In this document: one piece after another, positions 63,876 to 64,000 of the stretch | How positions within the stretch are numbered: position 1 is the stretch's first letter | How the letters are laid out: each line of letters begins with the position of its first letter | Translations under genes and position numbers: made by a program | Notes under the pieces: generated by a model | Database searches by the model: none | The model's input: only the letters and a program-made list of their open reading frames with translations | Told to the model about the DNA's origin: nothing | Origin: Octopus vulgaris | Taxonomy: Eukaryota | Direction: 5' to 3' | Length of the DNA stretch: 64,000 bases | Assembly (NCBI GenBank): GCA_951406725.2 | Contig: OX597823.1 | Location: forward strand, 77,066,001 to 77,130,000

Positions 63876-64000
63876 ATATATATATATATATCTGAAGATT
63901 TCTCTTGAATGAAACAGTACTAGTCTGTGCTCCTTCTATATAATAAATTAATTTTACTCTGCATGTATATATTACTTACTGTGGTTATGTATATATATAT

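Overview
AT-rich eukaryotic, repeat-dominated non-coding DNA. The SINE, RTE and mariner families resemble those of octopod cephalopods (inference from recalled repeat families, not a search). I found no host gene, rRNA or true tRNA gene; almost all ORF-track entries are microsatellite translations or transposon remnants. The window holds many copies of two tRNA-derived SINE families (A: CORE-like with an internal microsatellite; B: Meta/MESC-like with two alternative tails, often concatenated) and 3' fragments of RTE, CR1, R4/Dong and Tx1-like LINEs. It also holds a decayed hAT transposase, Tc1/mariner elements and MITEs, piggyBac-like MITEs, Helitron-like elements and large simple-repeat arrays. 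The most interesting signal is a set of minimal type-I hammerhead ribozyme (HHR) motifs in several short Penelope-type retroelement families. One family has a Pol III tRNA-like head fused to the ribozyme (3 copies, 28.7-30.4 kb). Three insertions (8.4, 8.8 and 28.7 kb) share an asymmetric head-to-head fold-back with 12-bp target-site duplications. All calls are from reading the sequence by eye; coordinates of decayed elements are approximate.
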